A DNA stretch of 64,000 nucleotides from the IMG/VR virus record IMGVR_UViG_3300031998_000020; one strand, 5' to 3'. The number at the start of each line of letters is the position of its first letter. The stretch's first letter is position 1. Shown in pieces: positions 63,624 to 64,000 of the stretch. The notes beneath the pieces were generated by a model that did no database searches, was not told the origin of the DNA, and saw only the letters and a list, made by a program, of their open reading frames with translations. Source of the stretch: a virus. Lineage: Duplodnaviria > Heunggongvirae > Uroviricota > Caudoviricetes. The translations under genes were made by a program, and so were the position numbers.

Positions 63624-63656
63624 ACAAGCTCTCATAGGGGCTAAAACATAGGAAAA

Positions 63657-64000
63657 ATGTCACAAGAATCAAAGTCAATATCACAAGCAAAGAGACTTGT
63701 CATGAAGAGACTAGGCTTTTCCGAGGAAAGAGCCAATACGTTCGTAAGAAATGAGTTGAGACATGATATCCCTGCTCTCAGGTCCAAGAAAGCATCAAAG
63801 TTTATTCTTGGCACTACAAGAATGTTCTGTGATAAACAAATCACAAATTCAAATACAGTCCTTGAACTTAATGCCACCCTGAAACTCATAGTGGATGGAG
63901 GACACGACAACGAATATGACAGGAACCTTAACGGTCTCTCAGCACAAGACCTTATTGACAGGTTCTCGACAAGCAGACAATACCTTTCTTATAAAGAAAA
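63657..64000 (+). CDS. Hypothetical protein, 3'-partial (runs off the window end).
   Basis: Open + strand frame from ATG 63657 to the window end with no stop. Preferred over the antisense 63641..63910 ORF because the local genes are all on the + strand. Confidence 0.45.
   Translation, partial: MSQESKSISQAKRLVMKRLGFSEERANTFVRNELRHDIPALRSKKASKFILGTTRMFCDKQITNSNTVLELNATLKLIVDGGHDNEYDRNLNGLSAQDLIDRFSTSRQYLSYKE

Noticed and set aside
63641-63910. Minus-strand 89-aa ORF at the window end.
   Set aside because: A + strand frame from ATG 63657 stays open to the window edge, matching the uniform + orientation of all neighbours. The minus ORF lacks a promoter or terminator context.
1-64000. CRISPR array, DGR template/variable repeats, integrase/att sites, rRNA.
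   Set aside because: No spacer-repeat periodicity, no reverse transcriptase or integrase ORF, and no rRNA-like sequence. The many repeats seen are protein-level paralogs with diverged DNA.

Overview
The window reads as an accessory or early region of a large phage infecting a Bacteroidota host. It is AT-rich and almost all genes are on the + strand. There are roughly 130 mostly small genes and no recognisable virion-structural or replication core genes.

Transcription units are delimited by about 17 copies of a Bacteroidota-type promoter (-33 TTTG, then about 20 nt, then -7 TAnnTTTG, usually inside a conserved TTGTTAAnAAATTTGGT...TAyCTTTGCA cassette) and by intrinsic terminator hairpins. Three terminator-promoter junctions are near-identical modules.

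Gene content is dominated by in-window paralog families that match no function I recognise:
- a 13-member family of 130-230 aa proteins, all starting with Met-Cys;
- an 8-member family with the core KPYLRPMSSMTEEE...DYRGLIPMGLALEAPEGMY (called the KPYLRP family below);
- a 6-member family with N-terminal IGDWV and C-terminal HELQHALRxCGLxELADNLK (the GDWV/HELQHALR family);
- a 5-member family with N-terminal SKKLAEILPLESADMYYRD (the SKKLAEIL family);
- three proteins carrying internal LAWLEKQGE repeats;
- three hexapeptide-repeat (left-handed beta-helix) proteins.

The KPYLRP, GDWV/HELQHALR, SKKLAEIL and LAWLEKQGE-repeat families recur as a syntenic triad inside an 11-kb operon of about 35 tightly coupled genes. 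Junctions in that operon carry a strong GGAGG Shine-Dalgarno overlapping a C-terminal ...MEE stop.

Recognisable functions:
- an RNA 2'-phosphotransferase (Tpt1/KptA);
- a bacterial-type poly(ADP-ribose) glycohydrolase (macro fold, DUF2263);
- a pol-beta-type nucleotidyltransferase;
- a HAD-family 5'(3')-deoxyribonucleotidase (minus strand);
- two YopX-domain proteins and two DUF3820-like proteins;
- a small ABC/AAA_21-type ATPase;
- a protein with a von Willebrand A (vWA) domain and a MIDAS metal-binding motif;
- several lipoproteins;
- an 850-aa BspA-type leucine-rich-repeat protein on the minus strand.

A roughly 440-nt noncoding locus at 23966-24409 has its own promoter and terminator and contains tRNA-like D- and T-arm motifs, including an atypical 114-nt tRNA-like element. 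A tandem-repeat protein at the 5' edge shows a frameshift at an A6 run.
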